64,000 nt of DNA from an uncultured beta proteobacterium (GCA_963749795.1 CAVVOR010000001.1:87957-151956), one strand, 5' to 3'. Counted from the stretch's first letter, positions 9,207 through 19,277 are shown. The notes: generated by a model from the sequence alone, not told the origin. Program-made: numbers and translations.

Positions 9207-10124
9207 TCACGTGAGCCCATCGCCGACAGGCACGTTCTCAGGCTCGAGCTGCAGGCCTGACGCCTCCGCCTGCAGCACGAGCAACTTGGCGAAATCCTCT
9301 TCCGTCACCCCATGGCCGATCAGGCTCTGCACGGTGTCGCGGGTGATCGACGCCAGTGGCATCGGCACGCCGAACCTGCGCCCGGCATCGAGTCCGAGGT
9401 CGAGGTCCTTGCGCAGCAGATACGGGGTGAACGTCACCTTGAAATCAAGATTGACGAACGCGGGTGTCTTGTAGCGCGAGAATGTCGATCCCATCACGCT
9501 CTGGTTCATGAATTCGAGGAACGCGTGCCGCGGCACGCCCGCCTTCTGCGCCAGCACCGTGATCTCGGCCAGCGACTGGGTGACGACGCCGAGGAACACG
9601 TTGTGGCAGATCTTCACGATGCGCGCGAGCTCGCCCTCGCCAACGTAACTTGCGGACGGCGCAATCATCCTGAGGCAGGGAAGCGCCGCATCGAACGCAG
9701 ACTTCGGTCCCGAGCACACGAACGACAAACGGCCGGCCTTGATCACCTTGGCGTTGCCCGACACTGGCGCGGCCAGCAACTCGATGGCGCGCGCCTTGAG
9801 CAACGCGCGCAACTCGGCCGAGCCTTCGAGCGAAATCGACGAGCACTCCACGATCATCCGCGGCTTGCCCGCACCGGACAGCAGGCCGGAGGGACCCAGC
9901 ACGACTTCCTTCACGTCGTCCCAAGTCGACACCATGCAAAAGACGATGTCGCAGGCAGCAAGGTCCGTCAGCTTGTCCGCGACCTTTGCGCCGTAAGCCG
10001 TCAACGGCTCGGCCTTGCTGCGCGTGCGATTCCAGACGGTAACGTCCGCGCCGCTCTTGGCAAGCCTGGCCGCCATTTCGTAACCCATGCGGCCGATTCC
10101 GATCCAGCCGATTCGCTCCTTCAC
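9207..10124 (-). CDS. NAD(P)-dependent oxidoreductase, 3-hydroxyisobutyrate dehydrogenase family
   Basis: IGWIGIGRMGYEMAARL dinucleotide fold and the family-typical length. Confidence 0.85.
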   Translation of the reverse strand: MKERIGWIGIGRMGYEMAARLAKSGADVTVWNRTRSKAEPLTAYGAKVADKLTDLAACDIVFCMVSTWDDVKEVVLGPSGLLSGAGKPRMIVECSSISLEGSAELRALLKARAIELLAAPVSGNAKVIKAGRLSFVCSGPKSAFDAALPCLRMIAPSASYVGEGELARIVKICHNVFLGVVTQSLAEITVLAQKAGVPRHAFLEFMNQSVMGSTFSRYKTPAFVNLDFKVTFTPYLLRKDLDLGLDAGRRFGVPMPLASITRDTVQSLIGHGVTEEDFAKLLVLQAEASGLQLEPENVPVGDGLT

Positions 10125-10160
10125 GCATTCACTCCTTCACTCATTCACGCTTTCACTGCC

Positions 10161-11468
10161 CTAATACGGATTCGCGATCGGCAATTCTTCCGCCGGATAC
10201 AGCGAGATGATCTTCGGCCCGATCGGCGTGAGGATGACCTCCTCCTCGATGCGTGCCGCTGAAATACCATCGCTCGCGGGGCAGTAGGTCTCGACTGCGA
10301 ACACCATGCCAACCTTGAGCTCGATCGGCTCCTTCAACGAGTTCAGTCGAGAGATCAGCGGCCGCTCGTGCAATCCGAGCCCGAGGCCATGGCAGAAGTT
10401 GAGCCCGAACGCATCCATCTCGCTGGCGAAGCCGATGTCCTTGGCCTTGGGCAGCGAGCGTGCGATCTTGTCCGAGACTCACGCCCGGTTTCAGCAGGTC
10501 GATGGTGCGATCCATCCACTCGCGCGCCTTGCGGTACGCGGTTCGCTGTGACGATGTCGCGCGGCCGACGTTGAACGTGCGGTAGTAGCACGTGCGGTAG
10601 CCCATGAACGACTGGATGATGTCGAAGAACGCCTGATCGCCCGGGCGAATCAGCCGGTCGGTGAAGTTGTGCGGATGCGGGCTGCAGCGCTCGCCGGAAA
10701 TCGAGTTGATCGCCTCGACGCAATCGGAGCCCATGCCGTACAGACGTCCCGTGGCGAGCGCGACGATCTCGCTCTCCTTGACGCCGGGCTTCAGCGCTTC
10801 CGCGATGTCCTGATAAACGCCGTCGACCATCGCCGCGGCCATGTTGAGCAGCGTGAGTTCGTCGATGTTCTTCACTTCGCGCGCCTGCAGCAGCGTTTGC
10901 TGACCATCGCGCACTTCGATGCCCAGCTTTCTGCAATTCGAACAGCATCGGCGGCTCGACGACATCGAGGCCCAGCGGCATCTTGCCGACCCCTTCCGCG
11001 TCGAGGATCGATTTGATTTCGCGCGCCGCGTCGCGAAACAGCGCGATGTCGCCACCGACAGCGCCGCGCAATCCCAGCAATCCCGCGCGGCAATGGTCGT
11101 GATGCAGCCACGGTGCATGCAGGCGATGGTGCCTGCGCCGCCGAGCCGAAATCCCAGATGTACGGGTCGCCATTGCCGGTCAGCAGCGAATAGCGCGTCA
11201 GCTTGTCGCGCGCCCATTCGCCGATGACGGTGCTGGTCATGTAACGGATGTTGTGCTGGTCGAAGCACAGCAGCGCGCCGAGACCCGAATTCGCCAGCGC
11301 GGCACGCGTTCGCGCGAGGCGATAGTCGTGCAGGCGGCGAAAATTGACGCGCTCCTCGAAGTCGACCTGCGTGTGCCCGGGCGCCTGCAGTGGACGATCC
11401 CACTTGTAGTGCGGATCGATGTCGTCGGGCCGGATGATCTTCGGCTCGCTCGTTTTTTTCTTCGCCAT
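10161..11468 (-). pseudogene. M24-family metallopeptidase (creatinase / Xaa-Pro peptidase / DddP-like) with at least 3 frameshifts
   Basis: Coding signal hops between three frames. N-terminal part (MAKKKTSEPK..IWDFGSAA) to about 11135. Middle (..HHRLHAPWL..MLFELQK) to about 10940. Catalytic part (GIEVRDGQQTLLQAREVKN..DLLKPGV) to about 10485. C-terminus (..DAFGLNFCHGLGLGLHERP..). Confidence 0.8.
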
Positions 11469-11490
11469 GGTGTGTAGTCTGCTTGTTGAC

Positions 11491-12498
11491 TCAGCGTTTG
11501 CCGTACGCTTTTTCGTAGTACGAAAGATCGACATATTTCATCGGGTCGGCGAGTGTCTTCTGCGGCAGGCCGTACTTGCTGCGCAATTCGAGCACCGTGC
11601 GGATGCCCGAAATATCGAGCGCGACATCGCGCGTCACGCCGCCTTTGTCGGCAAGCAGCAGGTCATAGGATTGCTTCGCCAGCGCTGGCGTCATGTCGCG
11701 GATGTTGGCTACCAGGAGCGTTTCGACGATTTCGCGATTGGCACGGTCGTAGATCCAGTCGACGCCGGCGCGGTAACCGCGCATGAACCCGATCAGCGCA
11801 GCCTCATTGGCCTTGGCCCAAGAGCGTCGCGCCGCGCCAACCGTACCTTCATATGCGCCGAGCGATTCGGCAACCGCGAGTTGATTGAAGCCGCGATTCT
11901 TGGCCAGCAGCTCGAAAGGAGTCCGCAGCAGCGTGGCGTCGTGCTTGCCGTCGAGCAGTTCGCGATAGCGATTGGAGGTCCCGCCGGCACGCACGTACTT
12001 GACATCGGCTTCCGCCAGTCCGTTGCGCGCGAGCAGTTCGCGCACGACAAATGCATAACCGGTTGTCATCGCGTCGACCGACACGGTCTTGCCTTTGAGA
12101 TCGGCGAAATTCTTCACCGTCGGCGCACTGACCACCGAGGCAAAGCCGCTGTCATTGCCGATGAATGCGAACAGGTCGGGATTGTCAGCTATCTTGGCCT
12201 CGCCTTGCCCTTCCTGATAAGCAACGACGTTGTCGATTCCTGCAAGGCCGATGTCGAACATTCCGTCGAGCAAGCGGGTGATGAGATACACCGAACTCGG
12301 CGTGTACGAGAGCTGGACTGTAACGCCTTGCGCTTCGAAGAAGCCCTGTCGCTGCGCCGCCCAGACAGGCAGGTTCCAGCCGCCGTCGAAGGCGATGACC
12401 CGCAGCGGCGTCGGTATCGCCGGCGGCGGCGCCTGCGCGTCGACCCCGGACGCCGAAATCCATGCTGCCAGCGCAAACGCCATGACGCCAAAACGCAT
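11491..12498 (-). CDS. ABC-transporter substrate-binding protein, NMT1/THI5 (SsuA-like) family
   Basis: Signal peptide MRFGVMAFALAAWISASGVDAQA, then LRVIAFDGGWNLPVWAAQRQGFFEAQGV.. typical of the family. Confidence 0.8.
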   Translation of the reverse strand: MRFGVMAFALAAWISASGVDAQAPPPAIPTPLRVIAFDGGWNLPVWAAQRQGFFEAQGVTVQLSYTPSSVYLITRLLDGMFDIGLAGIDNVVAYQEGQGEAKIADNPDLFAFIGNDSGFASVVSAPTVKNFADLKGKTVSVDAMTTGYAFVVRELLARNGLAEADVKYVRAGGTSNRYRELLDGKHDATLLRTPFELLAKNRGFNQLAVAESLGAYEGTVGAARRSWAKANEAALIGFMRGYRAGVDWIYDRANREIVETLLVANIRDMTPALAKQSYDLLLADKGGVTRDVALDISGIRTVLELRSKYGLPQKTLADPMKYVDLSYYEKAYGKR

Positions 12499-12593
12499 GA
12501 TTCGCCTCCTCCGACGCTCCGCTCGGCCGCTATCCGGGGGCGGACTGGCAGAAGGATTGCATCATATCCGCATCCGAGGCTCGCGCACGCCCA

Positions 12594-12636
12594 TTAATCC
12601 GCAGGTCCCTGGTCCGAGCCCCGGGTCGGGGAGCCA
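12594..12636 (+). repeat. degenerate copy of the tRNA-Asn 3' half (att-like scar)
   Basis: TTAATCCGCAGGTCCCTGGTcCGAGCCCcgGGTCGGGGAGCCA versus tRNA positions 5819-5860. One substitution, plus one substitution with an inserted base. Identity starts inside the anticodon loop. Confidence 0.8.
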
Positions 12637-12972
12637 ATTCATTCACTACGTTAGGTCAGTTCTGAAGGACGGACTTGTTGCGGAACGTCCGCAATCCAAA
12701 TCTGCTATCGATTCGACCGCGCGCGCTCATCATGGGCGCCGACTTTGTCGTTCCGTAGTCGCTTTCGGCCAGAAGCTGTCGCGACAAGCGTTCTCCGGTA
12801 GAGTGCGAAAAGCAGTACCTCGAGCGGCTCCATAGTGTCGGGAGAACCCGGGGCGATATCAAAGAAACTAGGGATCGGTTAAATATCCTGTATCTATTCC
12901 GCCACGATCACCTTATCCTTGTCCAGTAAGGCTGCTGCGCGGCCAGCCCAAATAAAATAGGAGGAAAACAAC

Positions 12973-14299
12973 GTGTCCAATCGTGCAATTTCTCGTCGTA
13001 AGCTGCTGAAGGCATCGGCCGCGGCCGGTGTGCTCGGATTGGTGGGCCTGCCCGCTTTTGCGGAGCCGCAATGGAAGAAATACGCCGGTACGAAACTCGA
13101 GGTGCTCCTCATCAAGGGTCCGCGCGGCGATAATCTGGAGAAAAACATGAAAGAGTTCACCGACCTGATTGGCATACAGGTCGAGTCCGAGCAAGTGCCC
13201 GAGCAGCAGCAACGCCAGAAGGCTGTGATCGAACTCTCGTCCGGCAAGCCGAGCTTCGACGTCGTCCACCTGAGCTATCACGTTCAGAAGCGCCAGTTCG
13301 AAAGGGCCGGATGGCTCGCCGACCTCTCGGGATTCATGAAGGACCCGAACCTCACGGCGCCAGATCTCGTCGAAAGCGATTTTTCGGCCGCAGGTCTTTC
13401 CTATGCCAAGAACGACAAGGGGCAGTTGCTTTCGCTGCCGTGGTCGGTCGACTACTTCATCCTCTACTACAACAAGGAAATCTTCCAGAAGAAGGGTGTT
13501 GCAATACCAAAGAACTTTGACGAGATGATAGCGACCGCCGACAAGTTGACAGACCCCGCGTCAGGCACCTTCGGCTTTGTCGGGCGCGGCCTCCGCAACG
13601 CCAACATGACGCTTTGGTCCAACTTCTACCTCAATTACGGTGGCGAATTCCTGGACGCCAAGGGCAATATCTTGACGGACGGTCCTGAGGCAGTTGAAGC
13701 GACCAAGATGTATCAGCGCCTGATGAAGGATGCTCCTCCTGGCGTGGCCGGATTCAACTGGATGGAATCCATGGCGGCCTTTACCCAAGGGGCGAGCGGC
13801 GATGTGGATCGACGGCGTCGGCTGGGCCCCGCCGGTGGAGGATCCGGCCGCCTCGCGCGTCGTCGGCAAGGTCGGCTACACGATGGTTCCTGCCGGACCG
13901 AAGGGCCGTTTCTCGGCGACCTACGGCGACGGCATCGGCATCGCGCAGACGAGCAAGAACAAGGAAGCCGCCTTCCTGCTTTGCCAATGGGCCGTATCGA
14001 AGCAGCAGGGCGCACGCCTTCTGCAATCTGGCGGCGGGGTTCCATTTCGTAACTCCGTGCTCAACGACCCGGAAGTTCGCAAAGGCGTCAAGTTACCGCA
14101 GGAGTGGCTGCAATCTGTCATCGACGCATCGAAGATCAGCAAACTCGGTCTGCCGGTCATCATCCCGGTGGCCGAGTTCCGCGACATTGTCGGTGCCGGT
14201 GTCACAGCGACGCTGTGGGGCGCTGATCCCGCAGTAGAACTCAAAAAGGCGCACGAGCAGTTCCGGCCAATTCTCGAGCGATCCGAGAAGGCGTCGTAA
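12973..14299 (+). pseudogene. sugar-type ABC transporter substrate-binding protein (family 1), one extra base
   Basis: AGGAGG RBS, GTG start, Tat-like signal SRRKLLKASAAAGVLG. Frame breaks at the GGGG run 13789-13792 (expected ..FTQGRAAMWIDG..). Length is 1 mod 3. Confidence 0.8.
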
Positions 14300-14366
14300 C
14301 AATCGCCTTGTCACTGCGCCTTTCCTGCTCCGGAATATTTCCGGAGCAGGATTACCGCTTCCAGAG

Positions 14367-15293
14367 TTGACCATGTGCGAGCAAAGCATCGAAGCCGACG
14401 CAGGTTTCAAGCAGAAGTATTGGCTACGCTCCTATTGGCCATTCGTGATCCCGGCGCTGGTTGTGGTCCTCGGCGTGATCATCTTCCCTTGGCTCTTTAC
14501 CATCTGGATGAGCCTGAACGAATGGAAGGTCGGCTCGCCGACGGTCTTCGTTGGCCTCGCCAATTACCTGCGTCTACCGAACGATCCGCGCTTCATCGAA
14601 GCAACTTGGCACACGATGGCGTATACCTTCCTGTCGGTGCTGCTGCCACTTGTATTGGGCACGTTCGCCGCGGTCGTTTTCGACAAGAAATTTCCGCTGC
14701 GCGGTTTCCTGCGCGGATTGTTCATCATGCAAATGAAGGCAACACCGGTAGCCATCGCGTTGGTGTGGACCATGATGTTCAATCCGCAACTTGGCGTGCT
14801 GAACTATCTACTCTCGCTGGTGGGCCTGCCGGCGCAGCTCTGGGTATTCCACCCCGGCACCGTAATCCCGTCGCTGGTCATGGTCGAGACGTGGCAATGG
14901 ACGCCTCTCGTGATGCTGATCGTGCTTGGCGGGCTCGCCGCGATACCGGCCGAGCCTTATGAGAACGCGCGGATTGATGGGGCGAGCTTCTGGCAGATGT
15001 TTCGCTACATCACGCTGCCGCTGATCACGCCATTCCTGTTCATCGCTGCGATGATCCGCATGATCGACGCGGTGAAGAGCTTCGACATTATTTTTGCCAT
15101 TACGCAGGGCGGCCCGGGAACGGCCTCCGAAACTATCAATCTCTATCTGTACAGCGTCGCTTTCGTCTACTACGACATAGGGTACGGCTCGGCGATCGCG
15201 CTTGTGTTCTTCGTGCTTATCGTCGTGCTTGCCGCCATATTGCTCTATCTGCGGCAGCGCATGCACTGGAGCGAGGCCGGAGCTAACGCATGA
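14367..15293 (+). CDS. ABC transporter permease (MalF/UgpA-like)
   Basis: Six hydrophobic spans and an EAA-type loop (YENARIDGASFWQMFRYITLPL). Confidence 0.85.
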   Translation: MTMCEQSIEADAGFKQKYWLRSYWPFVIPALVVVLGVIIFPWLFTIWMSLNEWKVGSPTVFVGLANYLRLPNDPRFIEATWHTMAYTFLSVLLPLVLGTFAAVVFDKKFPLRGFLRGLFIMQMKATPVAIALVWTMMFNPQLGVLNYLLSLVGLPAQLWVFHPGTVIPSLVMVETWQWTPLVMLIVLGGLAAIPAEPYENARIDGASFWQMFRYITLPLITPFLFIAAMIRMIDAVKSFDIIFAITQGGPGTASETINLYLYSVAFVYYDIGYGSAIALVFFVLIVVLAAILLYLRQRMHWSEAGANA

Positions 15294-16104
15294 GTCCGCG
15301 TCGAATCCTCGGCAAGATCGCGCTCGCGTTCTCGGTGGTTGTCATCGTGTCACCGGCGATCCTGTTTTTCGTCTGGATGGTCTCGCTCTCGATAAAGCCC
15401 GAGGTCGACAATGCCAGCTATCCTCCGATCCTAATCCCCGACCGGCTGGCATGGAAGAACTACGCCGCTGTCCTTACGTCCAACCACTTCGTCACCTATT
15501 TCGTCAACAGCCTTATGGTCACCGGTACTGCAACTTTATTTGCGCTCGCGGTCGGCGTGCCGGCTGGCTACGGTATCGCGCGCATGCGCGCGCACAAGTC
15601 GGCGATCGAATCATGAATACCAGAATCAGCCGGTCTTTCCTATCTTGTTCCGTGCTTACTTCGATCCCGTGGATTCACTGCTTGGCCCGTTCTCACCGCA
15701 GATCAACTTCATCGGTCGTGACGGTGCCGATAGGTCTGGATCATCATCGGCTATATCAAACGACGCCCAACAAAGTCGAAGAAGCGGCTACTATCGATGG
15801 CGCAACGCGCTGGCAGGTGTTCCGGTACGTCGCGCTGCCGATCGCTCGGCCCGGTATTGCCGTGGCGATGATCCTGGCAGTGATCTTCTCCTGGAACAAT
15901 TTCGTCTTCGGCATCGTGCTCGCAAGTCGCGAGACGCGGACGCTGCCGGTCGCGGTCTACAACATGATCTCATTCGACCAACTCAGCTGGGGGCCGCTCG
16001 CGGCGGCCGCGCTTCTCGTAACATTTCCGGTCCTATTGCTCACGGTCTTCGCCCAACGTCAGATCGTCGCCGGACTCACGGCCGGAGCCGTCAAGGGCGG
16101 CTGA
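15290..16104 (+). pseudogene. ABC transporter permease (MalG/UgpE-like) with several frameshifts
   Basis: N-terminus in ORF 15290..15616. EAA loop and C-terminus (EEAATIDGATRWQVFRYVALPI..) in ORF 15202..16104. The intervening TM segments are spread over other frames between about 15605 and 15770. Confidence 0.75.
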
Positions 16105-16257
16105 CCCGTCAGCCGAGGGCGCGAATTGGTATCCAACTCCCGTTCCGCAAAATTGAGGGCTATCGGTATCTTCGGGGCACCAACGCGCGGAAACCCGCGC
16201 AAATTGCGGAACGGAATTTCGCCTAAGCTAACGGAAAGTGCGCGAATCCGCGGAGGC

Positions 16258-16299
16258 CTGTTAATCCGCAGGTCCTAGGTTCGAGCCTTGGTCGCTAGC
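16258..16299 (+). repeat. divergent copy of a tRNA-Asn 3' half (att-like scar)
   Basis: CTGTTAATCCGCAGGTCC is identical to the tRNA. It is followed by a different but still pairable T arm (CTAGG TTCGAGC CTTGG) and a different acceptor strand (TCGCTAG), with no CCA. Confidence 0.75.
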
Positions 16300-16740
16300 G
16301 CCTCTGGCGCGCAAATCGCGCAGCCCGAAATCCTTCACTTCAGCCTCGACACAGTGTCGTCGAAACATCGAGCCGATCCGGTCGACCGTGTACTCTTTGC
16401 TGTTTTCGCGACGCACAAAAGTTAGATCGTAGCGTCGGTGAGATCAGGAACGGCTCAATGACCGCAGCTAATTTTCCGGCGATGTCGATTTCCACTTGAG
16501 CTTTCGTCGTTCCTCTGCGGAATCGTAGCGTCGCCGACCGTCTTGGTATCTGACAAGGTTCCGCGGGCCTGGACGCAAAACGTCGGCAGGCAGGCCAAGC
16601 GTGCGCACGCAGAACGTCATGGCAAGGCGCACAGACGCGTCAGCACGTTCGTGCACCGCAAGATACTCGCTGTCCGTGATTAGGCGCTCCCTGACCGATT
16701 TGCGAGGGCGCCGAATTTCTTTAGCTTTTCGAGCCGGCAC
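16261..16740 (-). pseudogene. lambda-type tyrosine integrase remnant
   Basis: ..ITDSEYLAVHERADASVRLAMTFCVRTLGLPADVL.. and ..YTVDRIGSMFRRHCVEAEVKDFGLRDLRA.. lie in one frame. It is interrupted by in-frame TAG (16468-16470) and TGA (16444-16446). The frame ends at the TAA formed by the anticodon-loop TTA of the tRNA fragment, before any catalytic Tyr region. Confidence 0.65.
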
Positions 16741-17027
16741 TGCGGACGGCCGTGGTCAAAGTCCGCTTCCATGGTCTTGAGTGACCGCTTTCAACTCGCA
16801 CGGGCTTCGCTTGGGGTCGACTGCCGGCATTGAAGCAATTCAACCGAGCGGCTGCTGCTCAGCGTACTGCAGCCATCGACGCGTGAAGGGCCGGTGTGGA
16901 TCGTAGAGCCGCCGCTCATCCCAAGGAGACGGTCAACCGTACTCGACCCTAACCGGCCGGATGCATAGCCGCGAAGCAGTCGTTCGCTTTGCGGTTACGA
17001 TTCCTAATTCGTCCTCGTCTAGCGCCC

Positions 17028-19034
17028 TTACTCGCACACTGTGCCCGGCGCGCGAAATTCGAGGCGCGTGAGCGACTTGGTCTGCTGCACGCCGTTCAAC
17101 ACATACGAGAACGTGCCGCTGGCGCCGTCCGTGAACGTCACCGCGGCGGTCCCGACGGTGCTGTGAGTGAGGTGCGACGAATCGAACGGAACAGAACTGA
17201 ACGGCGGCCCGGTGGTTGCATCGAGTTCGCCTGTGTAGGCGCCTGCGGCGGTCTTGGCCAGCGCGGCGGAAACCCAAAACGGCGCGCCATCCGCGTCGTA
17301 CATGAACCACGAGGCGAAGAGCACGTCGCCCTGATGTGTGAAGTTGATGCCCCAGCCGGGCTCCGCCAGGTTCGGCACGACCCACGTGTCCGTATAGTTG
17401 CCGGCCTGCGCTGCGGAGACCGTGCTGCTGAACGCGCAAACAGGCACAGGCGAAGCGAATACGAAGCGCACCAGTGGCTTGGACTGTGCAATCCCATTGA
17501 GCGTATACGAGAACGTGCCGCTGTTTGTGTTGCTGAATACGAGCCGGCCGACGCCCACCTGGGTGTGCATGACTTGCGTCGGATCGTAGGGCGCAGTGAA
17601 AAAGGGCGGGCCGGTGGTCCGATCGATCGCGCCGGTAAAGCTCCCGTCGCTTTGTTGCTGCGCGGTCATCGACATCCAAAGTGGCTTGCCGCTCGCGTCG
17701 TACGTGAACCACGACGCGAAAATCATGTCGCCCTGGTGAGTGAAGTTGATACCCCACCCGGCTTCGGCGGGGTTCGGCGAGGCCCACATACCCTGATAAT
17801 TGGCTACCGGAGGGCTGGACTCAATGGCACTGGAGTTCACATAGAGTTCGGCACTGGCGAGCTGGATCTCCATGTCGTTGGAGCCGGAAATGCTGCCCCC
17901 TGCTGCCAGGACGTTTCCGTCTAAGAGCCGCGTTGCGGTATGGCCGTTGCGAGCCGAGCCGAGGTTCGCGGCACTGCTCCAAGTCGCCTTGGTCGGATCG
18001 AAGCGTTCCGACTTAGCGAGTTCGATGTACTGCAGACCCGGATAGTGCCCCATCTGGTCCTGGCCGCCCGAGATCAGAACGTCACCGTCTGCCAGGAGTG
18101 TCGCGGTGTGCTCATAACGCCGCGCAAGAAGGTCGCCCGTACGATTCCATGATTGGGTCAATGGATCGAAGAGCTCTGAAACGGGAAGCACACCATCGCC
18201 CCCGATCCCGCCGGTGTTGCCACCGGTCACCAGAACTTTACCGCTGGGCAGTAGGGTTGCGGTATGGAAGACGCTGGCCCCGTTCGAATCGCCGACGACG
18301 CTCCATGTGCCGGAAAGAGGATCATAGAGTTCGGCGCTGTATAGGGCGGACGTGAGATCGCCGTCGTCCGATCCTCTTGCAGCGAGCACCTTTCCATCCT
18401 GGAGCAGGGTCATGGTGTGCCAATAGCGGGCGAAGTTAAGATTGCCCGTGGCACTCCAATTGCCGGTTGCAGGGTCGTACAACTCGGCGCTCTGGACATT
18501 GTTGGTGTTGAATCCGCCCGCGACGAGAACCCTTCCGTCTTGAAGCAACGTCGCTGCGTGACCGGAGCGGATCGTGATCATGTTGCCGGTTGGACTCCAC
18601 GTACCTGTAGCCGGGTCGTAGACCTCTGCCGTGCCTGATCTACCGAAATCGGGCGGCGCGTCACTCGTGTAACCTCCCGCGACCAGTACCCTGCCGCTAG
18701 GTAACAATGTTGCAGTGTGATCTACCCGGGGCCTGCTCATGTGTCCCGTGACGCTCCACGTTCCGGTGTCAGGGTCATACAACTCGGCGCTGTCGAGGAC
18801 GCTCGTGCCATTCTTTCCGCCCACGACCAGAACCTTGCCGTCTTGGAGAAGTGTTGCGGTGTGATGGTTGCGCGCAATGTTGAGGGTCCCCGTCGGGAAC
18901 CAGCGCGGTGCTGCGCAATCGTCGTCGCAGGGAAGGATGTAGTGGTTCGCTCGCGCCGCATGGAATCCAGTGAGCGCCGCAATGGCGACGAGCGTGGCTA
19001 CGCGTCGGGCGATTTGGAGAGTAGTGAGCGTCAT
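17028..19034 (-). CDS. secreted Kelch-repeat beta-propeller protein with two C-terminal copies of an uncharacterised ~115-aa domain
   Basis: Signal peptide, then about 7 repeats of HTATLLxDGKVLVxGG. Then two paralogous segments containing GWGINFTHQGD..FASWF.YDA.G.P.W...TGPPF...GTFSY.LNG. Confidence 0.85.
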   Translation of the reverse strand: MTLTTLQIARRVATLVAIAALTGFHAARANHYILPCDDDCAAPRWFPTGTLNIARNHHTATLLQDGKVLVVGGKNGTSVLDSAELYDPDTGTWSVTGHMSRPRVDHTATLLPSGRVLVAGGYTSDAPPDFGRSGTAEVYDPATGTWSPTGNMITIRSGHAATLLQDGRVLVAGGFNTNNVQSAELYDPATGNWSATGNLNFARYWHTMTLLQDGKVLAARGSDDGDLTSALYSAELYDPLSGTWSVVGDSNGASVFHTATLLPSGKVLVTGGNTGGIGGDGVLPVSELFDPLTQSWNRTGDLLARRYEHTATLLADGDVLISGGQDQMGHYPGLQYIELAKSERFDPTKATWSSAANLGSARNGHTATRLLDGNVLAAGGSISGSNDMEIQLASAELYVNSSAIESSPPVANYQGMWASPNPAEAGWGINFTHQGDMIFASWFTYDASGKPLWMSMTAQQQSDGSFTGAIDRTTGPPFFTAPYDPTQVMHTQVGVGRLVFSNTNSGTFSYTLNGIAQSKPLVRFVFASPVPVCAFSSTVSAAQAGNYTDTWVVPNLAEPGWGINFTHQGDVLFASWFMYDADGAPFWVSAALAKTAAGAYTGELDATTGPPFSSVPFDSSHLTHSTVGTAAVTFTDGASGTFSYVLNGVQQTKSLTRLEFRAPGTVCE

Positions 19035-19277
19035 GGCGGTACTCCAAAGTCTGACCCAGTGATTGTAGGGTTACCGCTGGCGCCGGGAAGCACCGCTAGA
19101 TCTAACCTATCGAAATTCGCAATTTTTTGATGCCGCGAAACTTCCACTCGAAAATCGGCAAGAATGCCGCCATGAAGCGTTCGATCCGGTGTCCCCGCAG
19201 GTCGTACTGATCTGGGAACTCGCCCGCGGCGGCGATTTTCGGGGTGGAGCAGCGGCGGGCGCGAGGCGCTTTGTGCT

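Noticed and set aside
12637-12972. ORF 12656..12862 (minus) and hairpins right of tRNA fragment 2 as a regulator gene
   Set aside because: No motif, no RBS and poor coding appearance. It is treated as non-coding island-junction DNA.
16741-17027. Upstream continuation of the integrase (e.g. ..KTMEADFDHGRPQ..) as its N-terminal arm-binding domain
   Set aside because: Frames are broken and I could not match the fragments to integrase N-terminal domains with any confidence. The feature is therefore limited to 16261-16740.
17028-17800. The two C-terminal repeats of the Kelch protein as a DGR template/variable-repeat pair
   Set aside because: The copies are only about half identical at protein level. 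No reverse transcriptase or accessory gene is in the window. This looks like an old internal duplication, not mutagenic homing.
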